From NCBI GenBank assembly GCA_965212055.1, contig OZ243041.1, positions 512,001-576,000 on the forward strand: 64,000 bases of DNA, read 5' to 3'. Origin of the DNA: Fidelibacterota bacterium (lineage in GTDB: Bacteria; Fidelibacterota; Marinisomatia; Marinisomatales; Marinisomataceae). Below, piece after piece: positions 1 through 9,562 of this stretch (position 1 is the first letter of the stretch; the number at the start of each line of letters is the position of its first letter). Under the pieces are notes generated by a model. It ran no database searches and was not told the origin of the DNA. It saw only the letters and a program-made list of their open reading frames with translations. The translations under genes were made by a program, and so were the position numbers.

Positions 1-2
1 GG

Positions 3-218
3 GCTGAAGTAGACAATCGTTCAGAAAAAATTGGTGCTAAAATTAGAGATGCAGAACTACAAAAAATTAATATTATGCTAATTGTTGGAGAAAAAGAAGT
101 TGATGGTAAAGTAGTAACAGTTAGAAGAAGATTTGTTAAAGAACAAGAAACACTTTCATTGGATAAATTTTCCAATGGAATTAGAAAAGAAATTAATGAA
201 AGGAGTGTTACGAATTAA
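3..218 (+). CDS. thrS: Threonine--tRNA ligase, C-terminal fragment (runs off window start)
   Basis: Hand translation AEVDNRSEKIGAKIRDAELQKINIMLIVGEKEV...ERSVTN* is the ThrRS anticodon-binding C-terminus; canonical position upstream of infC. Confidence 0.93.
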   Translation, partial: AEVDNRSEKIGAKIRDAELQKINIMLIVGEKEVDGKVVTVRRRFVKEQETLSLDKFSNGIRKEINERSVTN

Positions 219-723
219 GAGACAAAGAATAAGAGTAAATAAAAGAATCTATGCAGACGAAATCCGTTTGATTGATAACAATAAAAACCAAGTAGGGGTT
301 GTCAAAGTCCCCGAGGCATTAAGGTTGGCAGAAGAAGCTGGCCTTGATTTAGTCGAAATCTCACCGAATGCCAAACCACCTGTGTGTAAAATAATGGACT
401 ATGGGAAATACAAGTATGAAGAAAAGAAAAAAGCACAACAGGCTCGTAAAAATCATCATATAATTAAAGTAAAAGAATTAAGAATGAGACCTAATATTGG
501 AGATCATGATTTAGAGAATAAATTAAAAATGGGAAGAAAATTCCTAAATGAGGGTTGTAAGCTCAAATTGAGCATCATGTATCGTGGTCGAGAAATGTCC
601 AGACAAGATTTAGGTGATGCACTTTTAGAAAAAGTTATGTTAAATTTAAGCGAAGTTGCAGAAATGGAGAAAGATAGTCCTATGATGGGAAGAAAAAAAT
701 CTATAATATTAGCTCCTAAATAA
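214..723 (+). CDS. infC: Translation initiation factor IF-3 (probable ATT start at 214)
   Basis: Motifs [27 protein letters not shown] and [19 protein letters not shown] at 201-205 sits 8 nt before an in-frame ATT. Confidence 0.97.
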   Translation: MKRQRIRVNKRIYADEIRLIDNNKNQVGVVKVPEALRLAEEAGLDLVEISPNAKPPVCKIMDYGKYKYEEKKKAQQARKNHHIIKVKELRMRPNIGDHDLENKLKMGRKFLNEGCKLKLSIMYRGREMSRQDLGDALLEKVMLNLSEVAEMEKDSPMMGRKKSIILAPK

Positions 724-733
724 GGGTATTTTA

Positions 734-928
734 ATGCCAAAACAGAAAACAAGAAAAAGCGTATCAAAACGATTTAAACTGACAGGAAGCGGAAAAGTTA
801 AACGCAACCGTGCAGGGCATAAGCATATGTTAATCCGTAGAGATAAGGATACAAAACGCGCAGCAAAGAAATCAATCCTTGTTGCACCTTCTGACAAGAA
901 AAAAGTCATAAAAATGATGGGAAAATAG
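734..928 (+). CDS. rpmI: 50S ribosomal protein L35
   Basis: [24 protein letters not shown]; infC-rpmI-rplT order. Confidence 0.97.
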   Translation: MPKQKTRKSVSKRFKLTGSGKVKRNRAGHKHMLIRRDKDTKRAAKKSILVAPSDKKKVIKMMGK

Positions 929-935
929 GTTAACA

Positions 936-1283
936 ATGCCAAGATCTAATAGTTCAGTTCCAAGACATAGACGACATCGTAAGACTGTCAAATTAGCCAA
1001 AGGATACTTTGGTGCAAGAAGTCGTAATTATAAAGCGGCTAAAGATGCGGTGACAAAAGCAGGGTTGTATGCATATAGAGATCGAAGACAGAAGAAACGT
1101 CAATTTAGACGTCTGTGGATTATACGTATTAATGCTGCTGCAAGACTGAATGGATTATCATATTCAAATTTTATATATCTATTAAAGGAGAAGGGCGTTG
1201 ATTTAGACAGAAAGGTATTAGCAGATTTAGCTGTTAATAACCCATCTGTTTTTGAAGACCTCGTAAAATATCTGAAAAAATAA
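936..1283 (+). CDS. rplT: 50S ribosomal protein L20
   Basis: [43 protein letters not shown]. Confidence 0.98.
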   Translation: MPRSNSSVPRHRRHRKTVKLAKGYFGARSRNYKAAKDAVTKAGLYAYRDRRQKKRQFRRLWIIRINAAARLNGLSYSNFIYLLKEKGVDLDRKVLADLAVNNPSVFEDLVKYLKK

Positions 1284-1291
1284 AATAAAAG

Positions 1292-2275
1292 GTGTCTATG
1301 GATAAAGCTATTAATAAGGTTAAGACATCTTTTCACTCAGAACTGGAATCTTGTAAAACATCAGAAAATCTTGAACAGCTTCGTATTAAATATTTAGGTA
1401 GAAAAGGACAACTAACTGATTTGTTTAATCAGTTTGGTGCTCTTAGCAATAAGGAAAAACCTAAATATGGAAAAACTTTAAATATTCTTAAGTCAGATCT
1501 TACAGCATCCTATAATAACAAACTTGCTACATTTAATTCAGATCAAGGAAGCGATGACAGAAGAGATTTTTCATTACCAGGGTATGCACTACCAAAAGGG
1601 AATATCCATCCTCTTGAACATGTTACTGATGAGATAAAATCTATCTTTCAATCTATTGGATTCTCAGTGGCTTATGGTCCAGAAATTGATGATGATTACC
1701 ATAATTTTGAAGCACTAAATGTGCCTAAACACCATCCTGCAAGGGATATGCAAGATACCTTTTTTATTGATTCAGATGTAGTATTACGTACCCATACTTC
1801 CAATGTCCAGATTCATTTGATGGAAAATCAAGATCCGCCTCTCCGACATATTTGTTGTGGAAGAGTATTTAGAAATGAAGCAGTCAGTTATAAGAGCTTT
1901 TGTTTATTCCATCAAGTAGAAGGATTGGTTATTAATGAATCATCTTCATTTGCAGAGATGAAAGGAACCTTAGAATATTTTGCAAAAGAAATGTTTGGGA
2001 AAGACACAAAAATGCGTTTTCGACCAAGTTATTTTCCGTTTACAGAGCCAAGTGCAGAAGTTGATATCTGGAATGATAAATTAAACCAATGGATGGAAAT
2101 TCTTGGATGCGGAATGGTTAACCCAAATGTTTTAGAAAATGTTGGATATGATAGTGAAAAATATCAAGGATTTGCCTTTGGTATGGGAATAGAACGTATT
2201 GCAATGATTAAATATGGCATTAGAGATATCAGACTATTTTATCAAAATGATAAACGATTTTTGGAGCAATTTTAA
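1292..2275 (+). CDS. pheS: Phenylalanine--tRNA ligase alpha subunit
   Basis: HPARDMQDTF, LRTHTS, FRPSYFPFTEPS, GFAFGMGIER. Confidence 0.98.
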   Translation: MSMDKAINKVKTSFHSELESCKTSENLEQLRIKYLGRKGQLTDLFNQFGALSNKEKPKYGKTLNILKSDLTASYNNKLATFNSDQGSDDRRDFSLPGYALPKGNIHPLEHVTDEIKSIFQSIGFSVAYGPEIDDDYHNFEALNVPKHHPARDMQDTFFIDSDVVLRTHTSNVQIHLMENQDPPLRHICCGRVFRNEAVSYKSFCLFHQVEGLVINESSSFAEMKGTLEYFAKEMFGKDTKMRFRPSYFPFTEPSAEVDIWNDKLNQWMEILGCGMVNPNVLENVGYDSEKYQGFAFGMGIERIAMIKYGIRDIRLFYQNDKRFLEQF

Positions 2276-4947
2276 TGAAAGTATCTCTTCCATGGCTTAA
2301 GCGTTTTGTAAACTTCAAACAATCTGCATCTGAATTAGCTGATTTATTAACAATGTTGGGATTTGAATCTGAAGTTGTGACCGATTTTTCTGTACTTAAA
2401 AATATTGTTGTAGGAGAAGTAGAATCATCCAAAAAACACCCCAATGCAGATAAATTAAAGTTCTGTATAGTAAACGATGGTAAGATGACCCATGAAGTTG
2501 TATGTGGTGCACCTAATGTTGCTACAGGCCAGAAGATTGTTTTTGCTAAAGTTGGTGCAGTATTACCGGGAAATTTCAAAATTGGTAAGGCAAAAATTCG
2601 AGGAATTGAAAGCAATGGAATGATTTGTTCAGAAAGAGAACTTGGAATTTCAGAAGAACATGATGGAATTATGGTATTGGACCCAGGAGTAAAAAATGGT
2701 ACTAATGTTGCCGACATCTTAGGACCAATGTATGATGCAATTGATATTGATATTACTCCCGACAAAGCGTTTGCATTAAGTCATCGTGGTATTGCTAGAG
2801 AACTTGCAGCAAAATTCAATAAAAAACTTAAAAGCCCACTTAATGCAAAAAGAGTTATTCCGGATTCAAAAGAGAAGGTAAAAGTTATCTTAGATAAGAA
2901 AGGTGGATGTCCCCGTTATGTTGCAGGAATTGTTAATAATGTAAAAGTAGGACCTTCACCACAATGGTTATCCGATTATTTAAAGTCAGTTGGACAAAAA
3001 AGCATTAATAATCTAGTTGATATTTCAAATTTTATGTTACTTGAAATTGGACATCCGACCCATATCTTTGATTTAGACAAGTTATCTGAACCAACTATTG
3101 AGGTAAAATGGGCAAAAAAAGGAGAAAAATTTGCTGCTCTTGATGAAGAATCATATATATTAGATTCTGATCATTTAGTTATTACCGATTCGGTTAATAC
3201 TGTTGCTTTAGCGGGAATTATTGGTGGAAAAGATAGTGCCGTTTCAGATACGACAACCAATGTATTGATTGAAAGTGCTTATTTTGATCCTATTGTCGTC
3301 AGAAAAGGATCAAAAAAATTAAATTTATTATCAGAAGCTTCTAGAAGATTTGAGCGAGGAGCAGACCCAGATGCTACTTTGGATGCATTCTATATGATTG
3401 TTAGACTGATGGAAGAGGTTGCTGGTGGGGAATTAGGGTCTATTGTAACAGACCAATGTACATTTGATTTAAAACCACGTAAGATAACACTTTCACATAG
3501 AAAATTATCAAAATATACTGGATTTAATATTCCCAATAAGAAAGTAGAACATATTCTTTCTGGATTACAGATTGGTTGTCAAACAAGGGGAGAGAGCGTT
3601 ATTCCTATGAATGTAGCAGAAATTCTTTCAAACTCGAATAAACTAGAGTCTATGAGAATAAGAACGGAATTTAGACCCTTTATGCGCAATATTGTGGATC
3701 ACTTACAAGTTATTGGTGAGATTACAAGGAAAAATGCAAGCAGTTATCGTCGTGATATTAGGTTTGGATCAAAAGAAACCTTATCAGAATTAGCCAAAGT
3801 ACTTAAGAAAAATCATTCTGACAGTCTTCCAAAAGAATTTATTCCTAAAATAGCAGGGAAAAAGTCCAATAAAAGTGTTGATACACAGAAGTGGATTTGC
3901 ACGATTCCTTCCTTTAGGGGAGATCTTGTAAATGAAGCTGATTTAATTGAAGAAATATTGCGTTGTTATGGGTATGATAATATTGTTCCATCCTACAGTT
4001 TCTCCTCTCAAATGCAGTATGCAGAAGATGAAGAACGCCCACTATCTCATTTAAAGAAGTATTTATCCTCTATTGGATTTCAACAATGTTACAATAATTC
4101 CCTTGAAGAAAGAGATAGTATAGCAAAATTCGGAGTAGAATCTCTATCTGTTATGAATCCTTCTTCTGATAGAATGAATGTTTTACGAACCTCGTTACAT
4201 CAAGGATTGCTCAAAACGCTTGATTTTAATTACAAAAATGGTACACAAGATATATTAATCTATGAGCAAGGGACGATATTTGAGAAAAAAGGGGATACCT
4301 TGGATGACATTGAGCAAAAAAATGCTTTTTCTTGTCTAGTACATGGTGATTTTGCTGAGCCAAATGTTCATTTTAGCCCGATTGAAGGAAATTTCTTCTT
4401 ATTAAAGGGATTAGCAGAAAATATTTTTAACAATTTATTGAAGATAAAAATAAAATTTATCAAAGAATCACATTCATATTGTGGTACTTTTTATAACATA
4501 GTAGATTCTCAAAAGAATTCAGTTGGATCGCTAGGTATTATAAACGAAGAATTCTTAAAGGAAATGGATATTTTACACAGGACAGACGTATGTATTATGG
4601 ATATTAATACAGAAAATTTTAAAGAATGTTTTAATTATAATATTAAAACAGAAGATATTGTGTTATATCCGATAGTAAACAGGGATTTAAATTTTATAAT
4701 GGATAACAGCATAGAATTAGCACAAGTATGTACTACGATAAAGAATGTCAACCAATCTTTATTAAAGGAAGTAGTTCCTGTAGATGTGTTTGAATCAAAA
4801 GAGCTAAAAAATGAGAAAAGTGTGCTGTTTAAGTTGTACTTTCAGAACCCTAAGAAAACACTTGAAGATAATGAAGTAAATTCTATTATTGCTGAGATTA
4901 TAGATATTGTTTTGAAGAAATTTAATGCTAAATTAAGAGACCAATAA
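2275..4947 (+). CDS. pheT: Phenylalanine--tRNA ligase beta subunit, with ~95-aa insertion in B5
   Basis: HPNADKL, VVCGAPNV, GMICSERELG, SRRFERG, DLIEEILRCYGY, C-terminal FDX-ACB (RDLNF...LR). Confidence 0.97.
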   Translation: MKVSLPWLKRFVNFKQSASELADLLTMLGFESEVVTDFSVLKNIVVGEVESSKKHPNADKLKFCIVNDGKMTHEVVCGAPNVATGQKIVFAKVGAVLPGNFKIGKAKIRGIESNGMICSERELGISEEHDGIMVLDPGVKNGTNVADILGPMYDAIDIDITPDKAFALSHRGIARELAAKFNKKLKSPLNAKRVIPDSKEKVKVILDKKGGCPRYVAGIVNNVKVGPSPQWLSDYLKSVGQKSINNLVDISNFMLLEIGHPTHIFDLDKLSEPTIEVKWAKKGEKFAALDEESYILDSDHLVITDSVNTVALAGIIGGKDSAVSDTTTNVLIESAYFDPIVVRKGSKKLNLLSEASRRFERGADPDATLDAFYMIVRLMEEVAGGELGSIVTDQCTFDLKPRKITLSHRKLSKYTGFNIPNKKVEHILSGLQIGCQTRGESVIPMNVAEILSNSNKLESMRIRTEFRPFMRNIVDHLQVIGEITRKNASSYRRDIRFGSKETLSELAKVLKKNHSDSLPKEFIPKIAGKKSNKSVDTQKWICTIPSFRGDLVNEADLIEEILRCYGYDNIVPSYSFSSQMQYAEDEERPLSHLKKYLSSIGFQQCYNNSLEERDSIAKFGVESLSVMNPSSDRMNVLRTSLHQGLLKTLDFNYKNGTQDILIYEQGTIFEKKGDTLDDIEQKNAFSCLVHGDFAEPNVHFSPIEGNFFLLKGLAENIFNNLLKIKIKFIKESHSYCGTFYNIVDSQKNSVGSLGIINEEFLKEMDILHRTDVCIMDINTENFKECFNYNIKTEDIVLYPIVNRDLNFIMDNSIELAQVCTTIKNVNQSLLKEVVPVDVFESKELKNEKSVLFKLYFQNPKKTLEDNEVNSIIAEIIDIVLKKFNAKLRDQ

Positions 4948-4958
4948 AAGGAAAAATT

Positions 4959-5249
4959 ATGGAAAACAAAGAACCAAAAAGTATAATGGTTAAGATTTTT
5001 GGAAGAGATTATCCGTTTAAAGCTACTACAGACGAAGACAGTATTAAGGAAGCGGCTAGACAAGTCGATAAGAAAATGAAAGATATATCAAGAGAAGCTC
5101 CTAATTTGTCTACAGAAGATATTGCAATATTAGCAGCAATGCATCTTTCTGATAATTTAAATAAAACAAGTAGAGGAGATAGTTCTTTTAAATATCAAAT
5201 TGAGTCAAGAATTGAATCTTTAATTCAACGCATTGATCAAGTTATTTAA
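4959..5249 (+). CDS. zapA: Cell division protein ZapA family
   Basis: VKIFGRDYP...AARQVDKKM...IAILAAMHL pattern; follows pheT. Confidence 0.85.
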   Translation: MENKEPKSIMVKIFGRDYPFKATTDEDSIKEAARQVDKKMKDISREAPNLSTEDIAILAAMHLSDNLNKTSRGDSSFKYQIESRIESLIQRIDQVI

Positions 5250-5268
5250 GTAAAAAGGAGAAGTTTAA

Positions 5269-6141
5269 GTGTCTGATACAGTAATTTTATCAGGATTAGA
5301 AGCGAGTAATGCATTGTATGATAGTTTGCATGCAAGGATAGATGCGTTAAAATCAAAGCAAATTACTCCTGGATTAGCAGCTATTCTTGTCGGAGAAAAC
5401 CCTGCTTCTCAGATCTATATTCGTAACAAAACGAAAAAATTTGATTCGCTTGGGTTAAAATCAGAAATCTATCGTCTTGAAGAAGGGGTATCAGAAGAAG
5501 AATTATTAAGGTTAATTGATCAAATTAATAATGATGATACATTTCATGGAATTTTGGTACAATTACCGCTTCCAGACCATATTGATAGCCAGAAAGTAAT
5601 TCACGCAATTAGTCCTACAAAAGATGTAGATGGATTTCATCCTGAGAATGCTGGATTATTGTCAATAGGAACACCAAGATTTGTTCCATGTACTCCTAAA
5701 GGCATCATGTATATACTAAAACATTTTAATGTTGAATTAGATGGAAAACATGTTGTAGTGGTAGGAAGAAGTAATATTGTTGGTAGGCCGGTATCTGTAC
5801 TTTCAAGTCTTAAATCATTAGGAAATGCAACAGTAACGATATGTCATAGCGGAACTAGCGACCTAAAACAATTTACAACCCAAGGAGATATTGTTGTGGC
5901 TGCAATGGGTTCACCAGAATTTTTAGATGCCTCTTTTATTAAAGAAGGGGCTTGTTTAGTAGATGTTGGAATTAATCGTATAGAACGTGATGGAAAATCA
6001 ACCATTGTTGGAGATGTTAATCAGGCAAGTGTGATGGGGAAAGCAAGTGCATTAACTCCCGTACCAAAAGGAGTTGGTCCAATGACAATAGCGATGTTAG
6101 TAGAAAACACCGTTTTATCCGCGGAGCTGTCTTTAAACTAA
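5269..6141 (+). CDS. folD: Methylenetetrahydrofolate dehydrogenase/cyclohydrolase
   Basis: GILVQLPLP, KDVDGFHP, PCTPKG, GRSNIVGRP, TPVPKGVGPMT. Confidence 0.97.
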   Translation: MSDTVILSGLEASNALYDSLHARIDALKSKQITPGLAAILVGENPASQIYIRNKTKKFDSLGLKSEIYRLEEGVSEEELLRLIDQINNDDTFHGILVQLPLPDHIDSQKVIHAISPTKDVDGFHPENAGLLSIGTPRFVPCTPKGIMYILKHFNVELDGKHVVVVGRSNIVGRPVSVLSSLKSLGNATVTICHSGTSDLKQFTTQGDIVVAAMGSPEFLDASFIKEGACLVDVGINRIERDGKSTIVGDVNQASVMGKASALTPVPKGVGPMTIAMLVENTVLSAELSLN

Positions 6142-6151
6142 AGGAAGAATT

Positions 6152-7936
6152 ATGAAGAAATTTTTTATACTTTTATTATTATTTTTTATCGGATGTACTG
6201 GGACAAACGTCAGTGATGACGAGGTCAAAAAAGCTAACCAATTCTTTGAATCTATCTTTTTAGATCAAGTACAAGATAGTCCTGAATTTCAGACACGTTT
6301 AGGGTATAAATCTAATTATGATCAATGGGATGATATTACTTGGGAAGAACGTAGAAGAAAGACAAAAAAAGCCACGCATGACTTAGAATATCTGCACGAT
6401 AATATTGATTATGAAAAATTGGATGAACCTGCCAAAATTAGCTATCGATTGATTGAAAGAAGATTTGAAAGACAAATCGAATCTAGTGACTATATTTTTA
6501 ATTCATATCCAATCACACACCGAGGAGGAAAACACTCTTCGATTCCATCTTTCTTGATTAATTATCACAAAGTTGATGACGAAGATGACGTCAAAGACTA
6601 TTTAAAACGATTACGCAATATTGAACCATTGATAGACGATTTAATTAAAGAGTTAGAATTAAGAGAAGATTTAAATATTCTTGCTCCAAAATTTGTGTAT
6701 CCGCAAGCAATTAAAGTTTCTCAAAATATCATTGCTGGATACCCATTCGAAGATGTCAAAAAAAGAAATGTTATTTTTGATGATTTTAGTAAAAAACTTG
6801 ATAAGCTAGATCTATCTGGTCCTGTTAAGACTCGTTACTCAAGTGAGGCAGAAGCGATTCTTGTAACGATTGTAAATAGTTCTTATCGAAAATTAATTGA
6901 TTTTCTTTCGATACAAGAAACAAAAGCAACTGATAATTTTGGGGTATGGAAATACACCAATGGAGCAGAATATTATCAATTCCAACTTGATGGGTTTACA
7001 ACACTTGGGTTAACCCCTGAGCAAGTACATGCAACTGGATTACAAGAAGTAGAACGTATTCATCAGGAAATCTATGGCATTATGGAAGAAACCCAATTTG
7101 AAGGAACATTACAGGACTTCTTTGAATTTATGCGTACAGATCCACAATTTTACTATCCAGACAATCAAAAAGGGCGCGAGGCATACCTGAACCAGGTAAA
7201 TGTAGTTATGGACACATTAACCGCTAATATTGATCAATTATTCAATGGATTGCCGAGCATTCCGTTTGTTGTAAAGGCAGTAGAGCCATATCGTGAAGAA
7301 TCTGCTGGCATTGCATTCTATCAACGCGGAAAAGCCGATGGAAGTAGACCAGGGATTTATTATGCTAATTTGTATACCATGCAGGATATGCCAACGTATA
7401 AACTAGAGAATTTAGCGTACCACGAAGCAATCCCAGGGCATCATATGCAAATTTCAATTGCTTTAGAAACCAAAGGCATGCCTAGTTTTAGAAAATATGG
7501 TGGATATAGTGTATATAGCGAAGGATGGGCATTGTATTCAGAAACCCTTCCTAAAGAAGTAGGCTTATACAAAGATCCTTATTCTGATTTTGGACGACTA
7601 TCTGGTGAATTATGGAGAGCATGTCGTTTGGTAGTAGATACTGGGATTCATCACTATCGTTGGACCAGGGAAGAAGGGATTGAATATTATCGTAGCAATA
7701 CTGCTAATCCAGAAGGGGAATGCGTAAAAATGGTAGAACGCCATATTGTATGGCCAGGCCAGGCAGTGTCTTATAAAATTGGGATGTTAAAAATTCAAGA
7801 ATTACGTGAATATGCTGAAACAGCATTAGGAGAAAAGTTTTCTCTACAAGATTTTCATGACATTGTATTAAAAAATGGTGCTATGACAATGGATGTCCTA
7901 CACGATGTGGTATACCAATGGGTAGAAAACCAGTAA
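6152..7936 (+). CDS. DUF885-family lipoprotein (putative metallopeptidase)
   Basis: Lipobox FFIGC; YHEAIPGHH, EGWALYSE, RACRLVVDTGIH, PGQAVSYKIG. Confidence 0.9.
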   Translation: MKKFFILLLLFFIGCTGTNVSDDEVKKANQFFESIFLDQVQDSPEFQTRLGYKSNYDQWDDITWEERRRKTKKATHDLEYLHDNIDYEKLDEPAKISYRLIERRFERQIESSDYIFNSYPITHRGGKHSSIPSFLINYHKVDDEDDVKDYLKRLRNIEPLIDDLIKELELREDLNILAPKFVYPQAIKVSQNIIAGYPFEDVKKRNVIFDDFSKKLDKLDLSGPVKTRYSSEAEAILVTIVNSSYRKLIDFLSIQETKATDNFGVWKYTNGAEYYQFQLDGFTTLGLTPEQVHATGLQEVERIHQEIYGIMEETQFEGTLQDFFEFMRTDPQFYYPDNQKGREAYLNQVNVVMDTLTANIDQLFNGLPSIPFVVKAVEPYREESAGIAFYQRGKADGSRPGIYYANLYTMQDMPTYKLENLAYHEAIPGHHMQISIALETKGMPSFRKYGGYSVYSEGWALYSETLPKEVGLYKDPYSDFGRLSGELWRACRLVVDTGIHHYRWTREEGIEYYRSNTANPEGECVKMVERHIVWPGQAVSYKIGMLKIQELREYAETALGEKFSLQDFHDIVLKNGAMTMDVLHDVVYQWVENQ

Positions 7937-7939
7937 GAA

Positions 7940-8278
7940 ATGATTATTATTAAAACCACTTCCGATAGCCATAAGACTATTAAGTTGATAGCAAATACGT
8001 TGCTTAATAAACGATATGCGGCGTGTGTTAATATTCTTCCACGCATTCGTTCTAAGTATATTTGGGAAGGACGTATTGTGGAATCACGAGAAAGTGCACT
8101 ATTGATTAAAACGGTAGCGAAAATGGAAAAGAAAGTGTATACCACAATTAAAAAATTACATAACTATGATGTACCGGAAATTACCACAATTGAAACAAGC
8201 AATGTTGATGCAGATTATTTAAATTGGGTAGAAGGTTCGTTAAAAAATAAATCAAAAAAGGAGAAGGTTAAAAAATGA
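7940..8278 (+). CDS. cutA: Divalent-cation tolerance protein CutA
   Basis: AACVNILP..SKYIWEG..E..LLIKT..LHNYDVPEI..YLNW. Confidence 0.92.
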   Translation: MIIIKTTSDSHKTIKLIANTLLNKRYAACVNILPRIRSKYIWEGRIVESRESALLIKTVAKMEKKVYTTIKKLHNYDVPEITTIETSNVDADYLNWVEGSLKNKSKKEKVKK

Positions 8279-8382
8279 GTAATGTAGGACTATTGGAGCT
8301 CTTGATTTTAGGAACTTTGTTTCTTGGTCTGATAATAGCAGTAATAGTTTTTTTAATTATTTTTATTAAAAAGTCAAAATGA
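8275..8382 (+). CDS. Small single-TM protein (35 aa), not in ORF track
   Basis: MSNVGLLELLILGTLFLGLIIAVIVFLIIFIKKSK; ATGA overlap with cutA stop; GGAG upstream. Confidence 0.7.
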   Translation: MSNVGLLELLILGTLFLGLIIAVIVFLIIFIKKSK

Positions 8383-8522
8383 ACGATAACAATTATAAAG
8401 AATCTACATGGTATAAAATTGAGAGATTTTTTGATCGACACAATCATCTGATGGAGTTTATCAGAACAATATTGGCACTGCTTGTGTTGAGTCTACAGCT
8501 TTATATCATTTCAAGATTATAG
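8379..8522 (+). CDS. Small tail-anchored protein (47 aa), not in ORF track
   Basis: MNDNNYKESTWYKIERFFDRHNHLMEFIRTILALLVLSLQLYIISRL; ATGA coupling to the previous ORF. Confidence 0.7.
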   Translation: MNDNNYKESTWYKIERFFDRHNHLMEFIRTILALLVLSLQLYIISRL

Positions 8523-8536
8523 AAAAGGGAGAGTTA

Positions 8537-9529
8537 ATGTCTAAGAAATTAGAACTATTGCTTGCATTTTTAGCAATGGTAGCAGGATTAACATTTTTAG
8601 TATATACCATAAATGATGTTTTTTTCACCGAAGATGATGGGGTGGAGATGATTACTATTGATGGAGGCCATCAAGTCTGGACACAGAAAGTAGGGGATAA
8701 TCCATCTGTAAAGATACTGTTACTTCATGGGGGACCAGGTGCTACCCATGAATATTTCAAAATTTTTGATGAATATTTCCCAAATGAAGGCATTGAATAC
8801 TATTATTATGATCAATTAGGGTCTACGAACAGTGATCCAGCAAACGACCCAAGCTTATGGACTATAGAACGCTTCGTAGAAGAAGTAGAAACAGTCAGAA
8901 AAGCATTAGACCTAGACAAGTCAAATTTTTATGTTTTAGGGCATTCATGGGGCGGTATTCTTGGCATGGAATATGCCCTCAAATATCAAGATAATATGAA
9001 GGGATTAATCGTATCTAATATGATGGCAAGTATTCCTGCATATAACAAGTATGCTGACGAAGTATTGGGTCCACAAATGCCACCAGAAGTGTTGGCAGAA
9101 ATTCAAGCATTCGAAGCAGCAAAAGACTTTACAAATCCTCGTTATATGGAATTGTTATTACCACACCATTATCAAACACATATGTTGCGAATTCCTCTCG
9201 AAGAATGGCCAGATGAAGTCAACAATGCATTCGCAAATATTAATCAAGATATGTATGTTGCGATGCAAGGACCGAGTGAATTTGGAGCGTCTGGATTACT
9301 AGAATTTTGGGATATTACAGACAAGCTATCTACTATCACCATTCCAACATTGGTTATTGCAGGAACCCATGATACCATGGATCCAGAACATAAAGAATGG
9401 ATGGCAAATGAATTTCCTAATGGAGAATATCTTTTGTGTCCAGATGGAAGTCATATGGCCATGTGGGATGATACCGACACTTATATCAATGGTGTATTTA
9501 ATTTTATAGAGAAGGTAGAGGGAAACTAA
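8537..9529 (+). CDS. Proline iminopeptidase-family alpha/beta hydrolase with N-terminal anchor
   Basis: LLHGGPG, YDQLG, GHSWGG nucleophile, GPSEF, GSH. Confidence 0.88.
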   Translation: MSKKLELLLAFLAMVAGLTFLVYTINDVFFTEDDGVEMITIDGGHQVWTQKVGDNPSVKILLLHGGPGATHEYFKIFDEYFPNEGIEYYYYDQLGSTNSDPANDPSLWTIERFVEEVETVRKALDLDKSNFYVLGHSWGGILGMEYALKYQDNMKGLIVSNMMASIPAYNKYADEVLGPQMPPEVLAEIQAFEAAKDFTNPRYMELLLPHHYQTHMLRIPLEEWPDEVNNAFANINQDMYVAMQGPSEFGASGLLEFWDITDKLSTITIPTLVIAGTHDTMDPEHKEWMANEFPNGEYLLCPDGSHMAMWDDTDTYINGVFNFIEKVEGN

Positions 9530-9562
9530 ATCAAATTAGAACATCTAACTGAAGGAAAAATT

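Noticed and set aside
3577..3885. Intein in PheT (begins CQTRGESV)
   Set aside because: About 100 aa is shorter than known mini-inteins, and there is no TxxH block or terminal HN-C/S/T.
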